Program-made: the position numbers and the translations under genes | Part shown: piece after piece, positions 39,001-48,761 of the stretch | How positions within the stretch are numbered: position 1 is the stretch's first letter | How the letters are laid out: each line of letters begins with the position of its first letter | IMG/VR virus record: IMGVR_UViG_3300027972_000007 | Coordinates: 106,171 to 170,170 of that record | Reading direction: 5' to 3' (one strand) | DNA length: 64,000 bases | Source: a virus | The notes under the pieces: model-generated | The model's input: only the letters and a program-made list of their open reading frames with translations | What the model was told of the DNA's origin: nothing | Database searches by the model: none

Positions 39001-39453
39001 ATGTCTGAATATGTAAATAATGATGATTTTTATTTATTAATAAAAGAGTATCGTAGAACTAAATCTAAAAAAAATTATGAACAAATAGGAAAGATTTTTT
39101 TAGAAATAGTTAATCATTTATTATATAGCCCCCGTTTCATCAATTATGATGATAATATTAAAACTAATATTGTTTCTGATGCGTGTTGGTTTATGGTAAA
39201 ATATATGGATAATTTTGATAGTGAACAATATTCAAATCCATTTTCATATTTTACTACATGTGCGTGGAACGCCGTATTAGCTAATATTAATAAGTTCCAT
39301 AAAACACATAGAACCACAATTTCTTTAAATTCTATGGATAATTTAAATGAAACAGATTCGGTTAATGTAGATTATAATGAAACGTATAAAGTTGATGAAG
39401 ACTTTGTTGAAAATGAAATTAAAAAATATATTTCTCATTATTATAAAACATAG
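39001..39453 (+). CDS. late-transcription sigma factor (T4 gp55-like)
   Basis: YVNNDDF, PRFINY, NFD...NPFSYFT; near gp46/gp47. Confidence 0.8.
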   Translation: MSEYVNNDDFYLLIKEYRRTKSKKNYEQIGKIFLEIVNHLLYSPRFINYDDNIKTNIVSDACWFMVKYMDNFDSEQYSNPFSYFTTCAWNAVLANINKFHKTHRTTISLNSMDNLNETDSVNVDYNETYKVDEDFVENEIKKYISHYYKT

Positions 39454-39527
39454 CAGGGTGGACTGGATGAGGTACCAGCTCAGCCTCATAAGCTGAATTA
39501 AGTGAGTTCGAGTCTCACCCCCTGCTA
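39452..39527 (+). tRNA. tRNA with CAT anticodon (Met or Ile2)
   Basis: Acceptor AGCAGGG/CCCTGCT, anticodon arm TCAGC-CTCATAA-GCTGA, T arm GTGAG-TTCGAGT-CTCAC. Confidence 0.85.
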
Positions 39528-39549
39528 CCTTATTCTGAAGGAGTTGAAA

Positions 39550-40596
39550 GTGAAAGTTGGTTTAATTGCAGATTTGCATTTCGGTATTCATAAATCTTCC
39601 AATATTTTTTTAGATTCACAATTAAAATATTTTAATGACGAATTTATTCCTTATCTAAAAAATAATACTATTAATGATGTGTTTATTTTAGGAGATATTT
39701 TTGATAATAGAAATTCAATTAATGTAAAAATTATTAATGAAGTATATCATTTATTCGATGAATTATCAAAAGTTAGTAAATTATATATTCTAATTGGCAA
39801 TCACGATATGTATTTGAAAACTAATAATGATATTCATTCGTTGAAGTTTTTAAAGAAATTTGAAAATATAAAACTAATCGATGATAAAGAAATAATAGAG
39901 ATAAACGATAAAAAAATATTATTATCTTCGTGGCAAATAGACGAGAATGATTTTACAAAATATCTGAATAATGTAACTGCAGATTATTGTTTTGGCCATT
40001 TCGATATAAATGGTTTTAAGATGAATAAATTTAAGAATTGCGATATGGGATTTAATGATAAAATTTTTCATAGATTTAAAAAAGTTTTTAGTGGCCATTA
40101 TCATTTAAGAAGTAGTCAAACCAAGAATAATACAGAAATAATATATGTTGGAACACCATATTCTTTTACACGAGATGATATTAATGAAGAAAAAGGATTT
40201 TGTGTATTAGATTTAGAAAAAGATAATTATGAATTTATAAATAATAAAAATAGTATTAAGTTTATTCTTATAAAATACCCAACAGAGATCAATAAAGATT
40301 TAATCAAAAATAATATAGTAGACGTTCAAGTTGAATATAATGATAAGTATAATGAAGCAGATTTTCAAAATTATTTGCAAAAAATAGAAACTTTTTCGCC
40401 TATTAGTGTGAGTACGAAATTAATTAATAATTTTTTAACTGGCGATGAAATAAAAAATGTAGAAGAATACAAAACAACTGATATATTGTCATTAATTGAT
40501 CAATATATTATGGGATTGGATATTAATAATAAAGAGAAAATAGAAAGAATAATTCATGAATTATATGAAGAAGTGAAAGTGAGTACGGTAAAATGA
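39550..40596 (+). CDS. recombination nuclease subunit (T4 gp47/SbcD/Mre11-like)
   Basis: ADLHFG, LGDIFDNR, GNHD, FSGHYH; GTG start at 39550 after AAGGAG. Confidence 0.93.
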   Translation: MKVGLIADLHFGIHKSSNIFLDSQLKYFNDEFIPYLKNNTINDVFILGDIFDNRNSINVKIINEVYHLFDELSKVSKLYILIGNHDMYLKTNNDIHSLKFLKKFENIKLIDDKEIIEINDKKILLSSWQIDENDFTKYLNNVTADYCFGHFDINGFKMNKFKNCDMGFNDKIFHRFKKVFSGHYHLRSSQTKNNTEIIYVGTPYSFTRDDINEEKGFCVLDLEKDNYEFINNKNSIKFILIKYPTEINKDLIKNNIVDVQVEYNDKYNEADFQNYLQKIETFSPISVSTKLINNFLTGDEIKNVEEYKTTDILSLIDQYIMGLDINNKEKIERIIHELYEEVKVSTVK

Positions 40597-40931
40597 AAAA
40601 TGAAGTTTTTATAAAAGAATTTAATAAAATTGCAAAAGCAGTAAATGATATCGCAAAAGAAAAAGGTTGGTGGAATGGTGATAGAAATGACGGCGAATTG
40701 ATTGCACTTATGCATTCAGAGTTATCTGAGTGTTTGGAAGGAATGAGGCACAATAATCCTCAATCTGATCATATTTTAAATTTTACAATCGTGGAAGAAG
40801 AATTAGCAGATGTTATTATTAGAATTATGGATTTTGCAGCACAGAGAAAATATAAAGTAGCAGAAGCTTTAATGGAAAAAATAAATTTCAATAAAAGTAG
40901 AGAGTATAAACACGGTGGCAAGAAATTTTAA
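40593..40931 (+). CDS. MazG-like NTP pyrophosphohydrolase
   Basis: LMHSELSECLE, EELADVIIRIMD. Confidence 0.85.
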   Translation: MKNEVFIKEFNKIAKAVNDIAKEKGWWNGDRNDGELIALMHSELSECLEGMRHNNPQSDHILNFTIVEEELADVIIRIMDFAAQRKYKVAEALMEKINFNKSREYKHGGKKF

Positions 40932-40948
40932 ATTAAAGGATAAATAAT

Positions 40949-41347
40949 ATGTCTGAAGAAAAACAAATTATACAATATGACCCGTCGAAATTAATGGAAA
41001 TGGTGAGAGATAGGATACGGGCAACGTATGTATCATTGATACCTGAAGAACAATGGTCACAGATGGTCAAGAAAGAGATTGATGCGTTTTTTGTAGAACG
41101 CGAGGGTTATAGAAATTATGAACGGATGTCTAATTTTAAACAGGTAGTTTATGGCGAATTAGAGAAAAAAGCAAAGGAAATTGCAAAGCAATATCTTGAT
41201 TCTATTTCTTCTAATGATTGGGAAGGAAATGTTCTAAAACCGAGTGATTTCGTGAAAGAACTATTTGCCGAACATGCAGGAAAAATACTTTTAAGTACTC
41301 TTGGTAATATGGTTCAACAAGCAGTTAATAACTCAAAACAATATTAG
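40949..41347 (+). CDS. hypothetical protein
   Basis: AAGGA RBS. Confidence 0.55.
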   Translation: MSEEKQIIQYDPSKLMEMVRDRIRATYVSLIPEEQWSQMVKKEIDAFFVEREGYRNYERMSNFKQVVYGELEKKAKEIAKQYLDSISSNDWEGNVLKPSDFVKELFAEHAGKILLSTLGNMVQQAVNNSKQY

Positions 41348-41357
41348 AGGATAAATA

Positions 41358-42566
41358 ATGAATTACGGATCACTGACAAGCAATTTAGAAGAGTTTAAAA
41401 AACAACTGACAGAAGGTAAAAAATTTACTCCGCAAGTTCAACAACAAATTGTTAGAGTAACTAAGAATTTGATCTGTGCGGTGCCGAGTGACTACAGCGG
41501 CTGCGGTTTCATAAGATGTCACTGGCCATTAGGATATCTCAATTCAGTTTTCGGTAAATCACAAAAATTACAAACAGTTGTTATGCCATTTTTCTGCACG
41601 CAAGAAGATATTTTAGTTAAAACCAGATCAATATTTTTACAAAGGACAATGAATCCAATTCTCGTACCGATGGTTATGCGTTATAAAGAAATTCAGAAAA
41701 AATTAAAATTTAAAATGATTTATGATATTGATGATTTTATTTGGAAGGGAAATAATATAGGAGAAGATATTCCAGATTATAATTTTGGAGGAGAAAAATT
41801 TGACGATAATGCAAGAAATGCATGTAATCAGATAATGAGTCTTTGTGATATTATTTGTGTTTCATCAGAATTTTTAAAAAAATATATAACAGAAACAATC
41901 AAAATAAAAAATGAAATTAGAGTTATTCAAAATACTGTTCCAATGTTTTTTTGGGGTAATAAAAGAAAAGAACCCATAAAAGAAAGAATTAAAAAGCCTA
42001 AAATAATATGGACGGCATCGCCAACTCACTGGCACGAAGTTAAAAAATTGAAAGGCGACATGGATAATGCGTGGTGTGAATATATCATCAAAAATGTTAA
42101 AGAAAATAAAATAGATTTTGCTATAATGGGATGTGAAAGTGCGCCTTTCTTTTTTAAAGAATTAGAAGGCAGAAGTAATTTTCATACTATTGGATGGGTT
42201 ATTTCTTATAAATATCATTTACCTGTTTTAGAATACGGTGCAGATTTTGCAATTGGGCCTTTAGTACCAAATTATTTCAATTATTCTAAAAGTTGTATTA
42301 AAATGCAAGAGTCGTATGCTTCAGGGTCAGTTTTTATTGGAAGTACGTTTAATAATGGTTTTCCTTCTCCTTATGATGAAGGAATGGTAACTATACCTCA
42401 TAATTGTTTAGTTAAAGATATTGAAGATTGTATTGAAAGATTGAGTGAACCGAAAGAGTATAATACAATTCTGGAAAATCAATACAAAATGATGCACGAA
42501 AAAGGTTGGTATTTAGAATCTGCTAAATATGTTAATAAATTAGTTGAGTTATTTTTTAAAAAATAA
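41358..42566 (+). CDS. GT-B glycosyltransferase
   Basis: SGCGFIRC.WP, LQR, YDIDD, PL..NYFNYSKSCIK..E. Confidence 0.7.
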   Translation: MNYGSLTSNLEEFKKQLTEGKKFTPQVQQQIVRVTKNLICAVPSDYSGCGFIRCHWPLGYLNSVFGKSQKLQTVVMPFFCTQEDILVKTRSIFLQRTMNPILVPMVMRYKEIQKKLKFKMIYDIDDFIWKGNNIGEDIPDYNFGGEKFDDNARNACNQIMSLCDIICVSSEFLKKYITETIKIKNEIRVIQNTVPMFFWGNKRKEPIKERIKKPKIIWTASPTHWHEVKKLKGDMDNAWCEYIIKNVKENKIDFAIMGCESAPFFFKELEGRSNFHTIGWVISYKYHLPVLEYGADFAIGPLVPNYFNYSKSCIKMQESYASGSVFIGSTFNNGFPSPYDEGMVTIPHNCLVKDIEDCIERLSEPKEYNTILENQYKMMHEKGWYLESAKYVNKLVELFFKK

Positions 42567-42571
42567 TTTAT

Positions 42572-42608
42572 CTTGTTTTTAAAATTAAATCTATTATTTT
42601 TATAAATA
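42572..42608 (+). promoter_or_regulatory. conserved promoter-like motif plus late TATAAATA upstream of DNA polymerase
   Basis: CTTGTTTTTAAAATTAAATCTATTATTTT then TATAAATA. Confidence 0.6.
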
Positions 42609-42621
42609 GAAAAGGCAAAAA

Positions 42622-45183
42622 ATGTTATATTTATCAATTAATTACGATTTTTTTAATAATAAAGTTTATCACAAATATATTGATAACGAAGGTAAGAGAA
42701 AGAGTGAGATAGTTTCTCCAGAAATAGAATATTATATTTTTGACAAAACAGGAAAATCTAATATAAAAGATATTTATGGAAATAGTGTTATTAGAAAAAC
42801 TACAGATGAATATAATAAATTAAAAAGTGTTTTAGATAGTGGCGCAGAATGTTGTGAAGCTGATTTACCTGGTGAATTGAAGTTTTTAAATAAGATTTAT
42901 TTAGATGAAAAGATCGAGTTCGAACAAGAAAATTTTAATATATGTAAAATTGATATAGAAGTTAAAAGTCCCGATGAATTTCCTTCTCCTGCAGATGCAA
43001 AAAAATATCCAATTAATTTAATTTCAGTTAAAATTAATGGCGAAATGACAACTTTTGGTATAGAGGAATATACTGGCGATAAAGTAAAAAATTATTATTA
43101 TATACCAGAAGAAAAGACTATGTTAGAAGAGTTTGTAGATTTTTTTAGAAAGAAAAAAATTGATATTTTAACCGGTTGGTATATCAATCAATTCGATATA
43201 CCATATTTAGTTAATAGATGTAAACATTTAAATATTGATTATACAAGATTATCGCCATTTAATGTAGTTAATGAAAAGAAAAAGTTTAGCGAGTATGTTA
43301 TATTTGGTATTTCACAATTAGATTATATTGATTTATATAAAAAATTTACTTATGGAAGCAGGGAATCTTATTCGTTGCATTCTATAAGTATGTTAGAATT
43401 GCAAGAAGGAAAATTAAAATTAGAAGGTTCTGTTAATAATGAATGGCAATACAATTGGAATAATTTTGTTGAATATAATGTTCAGGACGTTAATTTAGTT
43501 GATAAATTAGATCATAAATTGCGTTTTATTGAATTAGCTTTGATTATGTCGTTTGATGCATTAATTCCTTTTGAAAATATTTTTTCTACATTGCCATTAC
43601 ATACTGGTTATATTTTGAGATATTTACATAAAAATAATATGGTAATGCCTCAAAAGAAAAAGCAAGAAGACGAAAAATATCCAGGTGCGTATGTTTTTGC
43701 TGAACCAGGTATATATAAAAATATAATTAGTTATGACGTAGAGAGTGAATATCCTTCGATGATTATGCGTTATAATATATCGCCAGAAACTTTAAGAAAA
43801 GATCCAAAAGATTTTACTAATTTAATTTCAACCCCTCTATCAGAATATAAAAAATGGGAAACAGTAGATGGGCTTAAAGAATATGGCGGGATTTATTATG
43901 ATGGAAGTAAAAAAGGAGTGTTAAATTCAATTACTGAAGAAGTTTTTGCCGAAAGAAAGAAATTAAATTTAAAAAAAGAAATATGCAAATATAAATCTAA
44001 AAATAAAGAAATTGAAGAAATTGCAAAAATATTAAATATTGATAAAAATAGAATATTAGAATTATATAAAGAAATTGAAGAAGAAAGAGGCAATTCTAAT
44101 TTATATGATGTTAGACAAAAAGCAAGAAAAATACAATTAAATTCTTTATATGGCGCTATAGCTAATAGACATTTTCATTTATATAATATTCATAATGTTA
44201 TTACAATTACATTAGGCGGACAGACTTTGATAAAATATTTAGTGAATAATATTAATGATTATTTGCGAAATTATTTTTATAAAAATAAGAAATATTTTAG
44301 TGTAATAGACGAAAAAAATAAATTAGTTAAACCTATATCAGTTGTTATCGATACGGATTCGATTTATTTGTGCCTTAATGAAGTTATAGAAAAGTTAGGA
44401 TTGAAATTTAGTAATGACGATGAATTTAGAAATTGGGCTTTGAATTTTGACAGAGAATTTTTGTCACCATTTTTTAAAAAAATATTAGATATTGATGCAG
44501 GAAAATATAATGTAGAATCTATTATAAATTTTAAGCGCGAAAAAATTATTAGTGATATGATAGTTATAGCCAAGAAAAGATATATAAATTTTGTAACAGA
44601 CGAAAAAGGTCATAAATTCGACGAGCCTGAAATTAGCAGTACTGGAGTTGAGATTGTTAGAACAGATACGCCTAAGTTTTGTAGAGAAAAAATAAAAGAA
44701 ACAGTACAAAAAATTATTAATTCTAATAAAGACGAAACTATAGAATTAATGAAGAAAATTTATAAGGAGTTTAAAAGTTCTAATGTTGGCGATATTGCTA
44801 ATCCAACAGGAATTTCAGATTATAAAAAATATGCCAAATCTATGGAATTTTATGAAAAGAATGGTTTACAGTATCCAAAAGCATGCCCGATTCATGTACG
44901 TGCAGCTATTAATTATAATTATTTAATAGATAAATACAAGTTGAAATTACAAAGAATTTCTAATGGTACTAAAATGAGATATTTATATGTTTCTGAACAA
45001 AATGAATTGAATAATAATGCTATAGGATTTATTGGCGAGTATCCAGAGAAATTTAAAGAAATTTTTAGAGTTGACTATAAAGTACAGTGGGAAAAAACAT
45101 TTCAAAATGTTATTCAAAGGATTTTTGATGCTATAGGTTGGGGAGCTATTTCATTAGAAAATTCATTAAAAAAATGGTTTTAA
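42622..45183 (+). CDS. family B DNA polymerase (T4 gp43-like)
   Basis: DIEV, FDIPYL, YNVQD exonuclease motifs; DVESEYPS, KIQLNSLYG, DTDS, KKRY; C-terminal SLKKWF clamp motif. Confidence 0.97.
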   Translation: MLYLSINYDFFNNKVYHKYIDNEGKRKSEIVSPEIEYYIFDKTGKSNIKDIYGNSVIRKTTDEYNKLKSVLDSGAECCEADLPGELKFLNKIYLDEKIEFEQENFNICKIDIEVKSPDEFPSPADAKKYPINLISVKINGEMTTFGIEEYTGDKVKNYYYIPEEKTMLEEFVDFFRKKKIDILTGWYINQFDIPYLVNRCKHLNIDYTRLSPFNVVNEKKKFSEYVIFGISQLDYIDLYKKFTYGSRESYSLHSISMLELQEGKLKLEGSVNNEWQYNWNNFVEYNVQDVNLVDKLDHKLRFIELALIMSFDALIPFENIFSTLPLHTGYILRYLHKNNMVMPQKKKQEDEKYPGAYVFAEPGIYKNIISYDVESEYPSMIMRYNISPETLRKDPKDFTNLISTPLSEYKKWETVDGLKEYGGIYYDGSKKGVLNSITEEVFAERKKLNLKKEICKYKSKNKEIEEIAKILNIDKNRILELYKEIEEERGNSNLYDVRQKARKIQLNSLYGAIANRHFHLYNIHNVITITLGGQTLIKYLVNNINDYLRNYFYKNKKYFSVIDEKNKLVKPISVVIDTDSIYLCLNEVIEKLGLKFSNDDEFRNWALNFDREFLSPFFKKILDIDAGKYNVESIINFKREKIISDMIVIAKKRYINFVTDEKGHKFDEPEISSTGVEIVRTDTPKFCREKIKETVQKIINSNKDETIELMKKIYKEFKSSNVGDIANPTGISDYKKYAKSMEFYEKNGLQYPKACPIHVRAAINYNYLIDKYKLKLQRISNGTKMRYLYVSEQNELNNNAIGFIGEYPEKFKEIFRVDYKVQWEKTFQNVIQRIFDAIGWGAISLENSLKKWF

Positions 45184-45198
45184 TTAATAGGAGGATTA

Positions 45199-46215
45199 AT
45201 GAGTAAAAATTCATTACTTGATAGAATATTAGAAACGTCAAAATCACCATATAAAAATTTGCTGTGCGATTCTGAAATTTTTAAAGGAACAGAATCTATT
45301 CCTACTTCAATACCAATGTTGAATGTAGCATTATCGAGTCAAATTGATGGTGGATTGACTCATGGAATTACTATGATTGCAGGTGATACAAAAAGATTTA
45401 AGACACTATTTGGTTTGCATTTAATGTCTGCGTTTCAGAAGAAATACAAAGACGGTGTATGTATTTTTTATGATACAGAAGCGGGAATTACAGAGCGGTA
45501 TATAGAAAATGCCGAAGTTGATTGGAAGAAAGTTATTCATATTCCAGTTAATTCAATTGAAATATTAAAAACAGAACTTATAAATCAAATAGAACTTATC
45601 AAAGCCAATAAAAATAAAAATGATAAGGTTTTTATTTTTATTGATTCAATTGGAAATTTAGCGTCTAAAAAAGAAATTGATGATGCTATAAAAGGCGATA
45701 TTAAAGTTGATATGACAAGAGCAAAACAGTTAAAATCATTGTTTAGAATTATAACAATGGATATTAATCTTTTGAAAATACCTTTAGTTTGTATTAATCA
45801 TACGTATAAATCACAAGATTTTATTCAACAAGATATTGTTGGAGGTGGATCGGGCGGGCAATTGGCTAGTGACACAATCTGGATTATAAGTAGAAAACAA
45901 GAAAAAGACGGCGATGAAATAGTAGGATATGATTTTTTCATTAATGTTTGGAAATCAAGAACAGTTAAAGAAAAAATATCAAAAATTCCTATTAGAGTTT
46001 TTTGGAAAGATGGAATTCATAAATTTAGTGGGTTATCTGATTTAGCAATAGAATTGGGTGTTGTTGAAAAGACAAAAGAAGAAAAAGAAAAAGTTTTAAA
46101 ATTTGAAGATAAAATAGTTTCAGTAGATGCCGAAGATATGAATGCAGATTTTTGGAATTACGTATTAGAAAAATCAAATCTTAAGCAATTAATTAATGAA
46201 AAATACCGAATTTAA
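45199..46215 (+). CDS. uvsX: RecA-like recombinase UvsX
   Basis: LNVALS, GDTKRFKT, YDTE, IDSIGNLASKKE, DMTRAKQLKSLFR. Confidence 0.95.
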   Translation: MSKNSLLDRILETSKSPYKNLLCDSEIFKGTESIPTSIPMLNVALSSQIDGGLTHGITMIAGDTKRFKTLFGLHLMSAFQKKYKDGVCIFYDTEAGITERYIENAEVDWKKVIHIPVNSIEILKTELINQIELIKANKNKNDKVFIFIDSIGNLASKKEIDDAIKGDIKVDMTRAKQLKSLFRIITMDINLLKIPLVCINHTYKSQDFIQQDIVGGGSGGQLASDTIWIISRKQEKDGDEIVGYDFFINVWKSRTVKEKISKIPIRVFWKDGIHKFSGLSDLAIELGVVEKTKEEKEKVLKFEDKIVSVDAEDMNADFWNYVLEKSNLKQLINEKYRI

Positions 46216-46227
46216 AGGGCGTGATTT

Positions 46228-47607
46228 ATCGATCCGATTTTCTTTGAAAAAGTTCTTTTAAAATTCATTATATTAGATGAAAAAGTAAGAGGGAAAGTTC
46301 TTCCTTTTGTACCTATAAAGATTTTTGATGACCCACAGTGTAAAAGTTTATTAAAAATTATTTATAAGTTTCAAAAAGAGTATAAGAAATTTCCTTCTAT
46401 TAAAGAACTTAAATTACTTATAAAAGATTCGAATATTCTTGATCGATTAGAATCAGTTTTGAATACTGATACAAAAGAATATGAGAATGAATTTCTTCTA
46501 AAAGAATTAGAAGATAATTTTAGAGTTAAGCTAATTTTTAATGAATTTGCTAATGGCGTTGAACAATTAAAGGAAGGCGAAGTTGATAAGATAAGTATTG
46601 TTGCTGATGAAATTAAAAAAATAACTTCATTTACATTCGATACTAAAATAGGATTAAATCTTTTTTCGAAAGACGGTTTAGATAGAATTTATCAGCACAT
46701 TCATTCAAATAATATAGTTGTGCCAACAGGAATTAAAGAGTTTGATAGTAAAATACAAGGCGGTTTTCATAAAAAGTCTGTCAGTGTTATATTAGCAGAA
46801 GGTGGTAAAGGAAAAACTCTTATATTGTGTGCATTTTCAGCAAATATGATTTTACAGAATTATAAAGTGCTATATATAACATTAGAATTGAGTGAAGAGT
46901 ATATAGGAGAGAGAATAATACAGAATATTTTTAATGTAGAACAAACAGATTTGAAAGGTTTATCGAAAGAATCATTGTTTAATAAGTTTGAAAAAGTTAA
47001 AAGCGGCATTCAAGATAAGTTAATAATAAAAAAATATCCCGCCGGTGTTTTAAATGTTAATATGGTAAAAAGTTTAATGCGAGAATTAGAAGGAAAATTG
47101 AAATTTGAACCTGATATAGTAATGATAGATTATTTGGGTTTGTTTGCGGCATTGGGAGCAGGTAAAGATGCAGGTAGCAACGAAAAAGGTATAGCTAAAT
47201 GCCAAGAATTAGAGGCTTTTGCTGACGAATATAATTTACCAGTGGTTGTTCCAGCACAAAGTAATAGATCTGGTTATGGTTCTTCTTCTTTAAACCCCAA
47301 AAATATTGCTGATGCCATTGGTATATTTACGGAAACTGATTTGGTTGTTGGAGTAACGCAAACAGAAGAACAACGAGAATTAGCAATACCGGTTTATTCT
47401 TGGAGCATAATGAAAAATAGATTTGGTTTAAATATGCAAGATTTGAGTGTTGGTGTTAATTATGATAAGATGAAATTAATTAATTTGGATAGCCATGAAG
47501 TTACTCAAGAAATGGATAAAATAGAAGCAGAAAAAATAAAAAATATAGTTTCAGATAAAGATTTTAAACAAGACGACAAGATGAAAGATATTATAAAATG
47601 GAGTTAA
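46228..47607 (+). CDS. replicative helicase (T4 gp41/DnaB-like), probably with a non-canonical start
   Basis: GGKGKT, YITLE, IDYL, QSNR, KNRFG; frame stays open 77 codons upstream of the annotated TTG at 46459. Confidence 0.9.
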   Translation: MDPIFFEKVLLKFIILDEKVRGKVLPFVPIKIFDDPQCKSLLKIIYKFQKEYKKFPSIKELKLLIKDSNILDRLESVLNTDTKEYENEFLLKELEDNFRVKLIFNEFANGVEQLKEGEVDKISIVADEIKKITSFTFDTKIGLNLFSKDGLDRIYQHIHSNNIVVPTGIKEFDSKIQGGFHKKSVSVILAEGGKGKTLILCAFSANMILQNYKVLYITLELSEEYIGERIIQNIFNVEQTDLKGLSKESLFNKFEKVKSGIQDKLIIKKYPAGVLNVNMVKSLMRELEGKLKFEPDIVMIDYLGLFAALGAGKDAGSNEKGIAKCQELEAFADEYNLPVVVPAQSNRSGYGSSSLNPKNIADAIGIFTETDLVVGVTQTEEQRELAIPVYSWSIMKNRFGLNMQDLSVGVNYDKMKLINLDSHEVTQEMDKIEAEKIKNIVSDKDFKQDDKMKDIIKWS

Positions 47608-47608
47608 T

Positions 47609-47953
47609 ATGACTGACCACTTGTTTTGGGAAATAAGAAGAAGAGAATTTTATAGTTGTTTGGAAGGAATAAATGATTTTTCAATTAAAACTTTAAAAAA
47701 TATTTTTCCAAATAAATCAGTTAATCTCGCGTATAAGGAAGATTTTAATTTTATATTGAGGCATTTAAAAAAGAATGACGAATTTGATTTAATCGATTCC
47801 ATTACTTATATAGAAGAAGATTTAACAAACATGAAAAATATAATGTTAATTTTAGACGGAGAATCGATGGAAATAATAAGAAAAGAATTAGCTAAAAAAT
47901 ATCATAAAAAAATAGAAAAAAGTAAATTAGAACAGTTTTTAAAGTTTTTGTAA
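47609..47953 (+). CDS. hypothetical protein, possibly a gp33-like late co-activator
   Basis: Size and weak LIDSITYIEE pattern. Confidence 0.35.
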   Translation: MTDHLFWEIRRREFYSCLEGINDFSIKTLKNIFPNKSVNLAYKEDFNFILRHLKKNDEFDLIDSITYIEEDLTNMKNIMLILDGESMEIIRKELAKKYHKKIEKSKLEQFLKFL

Positions 47954-47954
47954 T

Positions 47955-48761
47955 ATGAAAAATATAAATGATTTTGTAAATAAGATAATTTGTGGTGATT
48001 GTCTGGAAGTAATGAAAGAAATTCCGGATAAGAGTATTGATATGATACTTCAAGACCCGCCTTATTTTTCTATAGCATGCGAGTGGGAATGGGATATCAT
48101 GACTAAAATAGAAGAATTATGGGCGGAATGGAAGAGAATTATTAAAGATAATGGCGCAATAGTAATGACAGCATCTCAACCATTTACAAGTAAATTAATT
48201 ATGAGTAATTTGGATATGTTTAAGTATGAGTTGATATGGGATAAAAGAAGAGGGTTCGAACCACAGTTGGCTATGATAAGACCTCAAAAAAGTCACGAAA
48301 ATATATTGATATTTTGTAAAGGTAAAACTACTTATAACCCACAAAAAACAATATTAGATAAATTGGATAGAAGAATTGGGAGTGGTAGAAGAAATAATAG
48401 GATAGATGGAACTGGGCATAATTTACTTTCGTCAATAAGTTCTGGCGAAAAGGAATATAAAGATAGATTTTCATTAAGTATACAGTTTTTTGGAAATGCA
48501 AATCAAAAAGATAAACAGCATCCCACTCAAAAACCATTATTACTTTTTGAATATTTAATTAAAACTTACACAAATGAATGCAATATTGTATTTGATGGTT
48601 TCTGCGGTTCAGGAACAACCGCAGTTGCATGTCATAATTTAAATAGAAATTTTATATGTATAGATAAAGAAGAAAAGTATATAGAAATATCAAATCAAAG
48701 ATATGATAAGGCAGTTAAAGAAAAATTACCATCTATTAATTTAAAAACTTGGATAAAATGA
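47955..48761 (+). CDS. DNA methyltransferase, beta class (DPPY, likely m6A)
   Basis: DPPY, HPTQKP, DGFCGSGTT. Confidence 0.9.
   Translation: MKNINDFVNKIICGDCLEVMKEIPDKSIDMILQDPPYFSIACEWEWDIMTKIEELWAEWKRIIKDNGAIVMTASQPFTSKLIMSNLDMFKYELIWDKRRGFEPQLAMIRPQKSHENILIFCKGKTTYNPQKTILDKLDRRIGSGRRNNRIDGTGHNLLSSISSGEKEYKDRFSLSIQFFGNANQKDKQHPTQKPLLLFEYLIKTYTNECNIVFDGFCGSGTTAVACHNLNRNFICIDKEEKYIEISNQRYDKAVKEKLPSINLKTWIK

Noticed and set aside
39502-39549. N-terminal extension of gp47 in the ORF track
   Set aside because: It overlaps the tRNA; GTG at 39550 with an AAGGAG RBS is a better start
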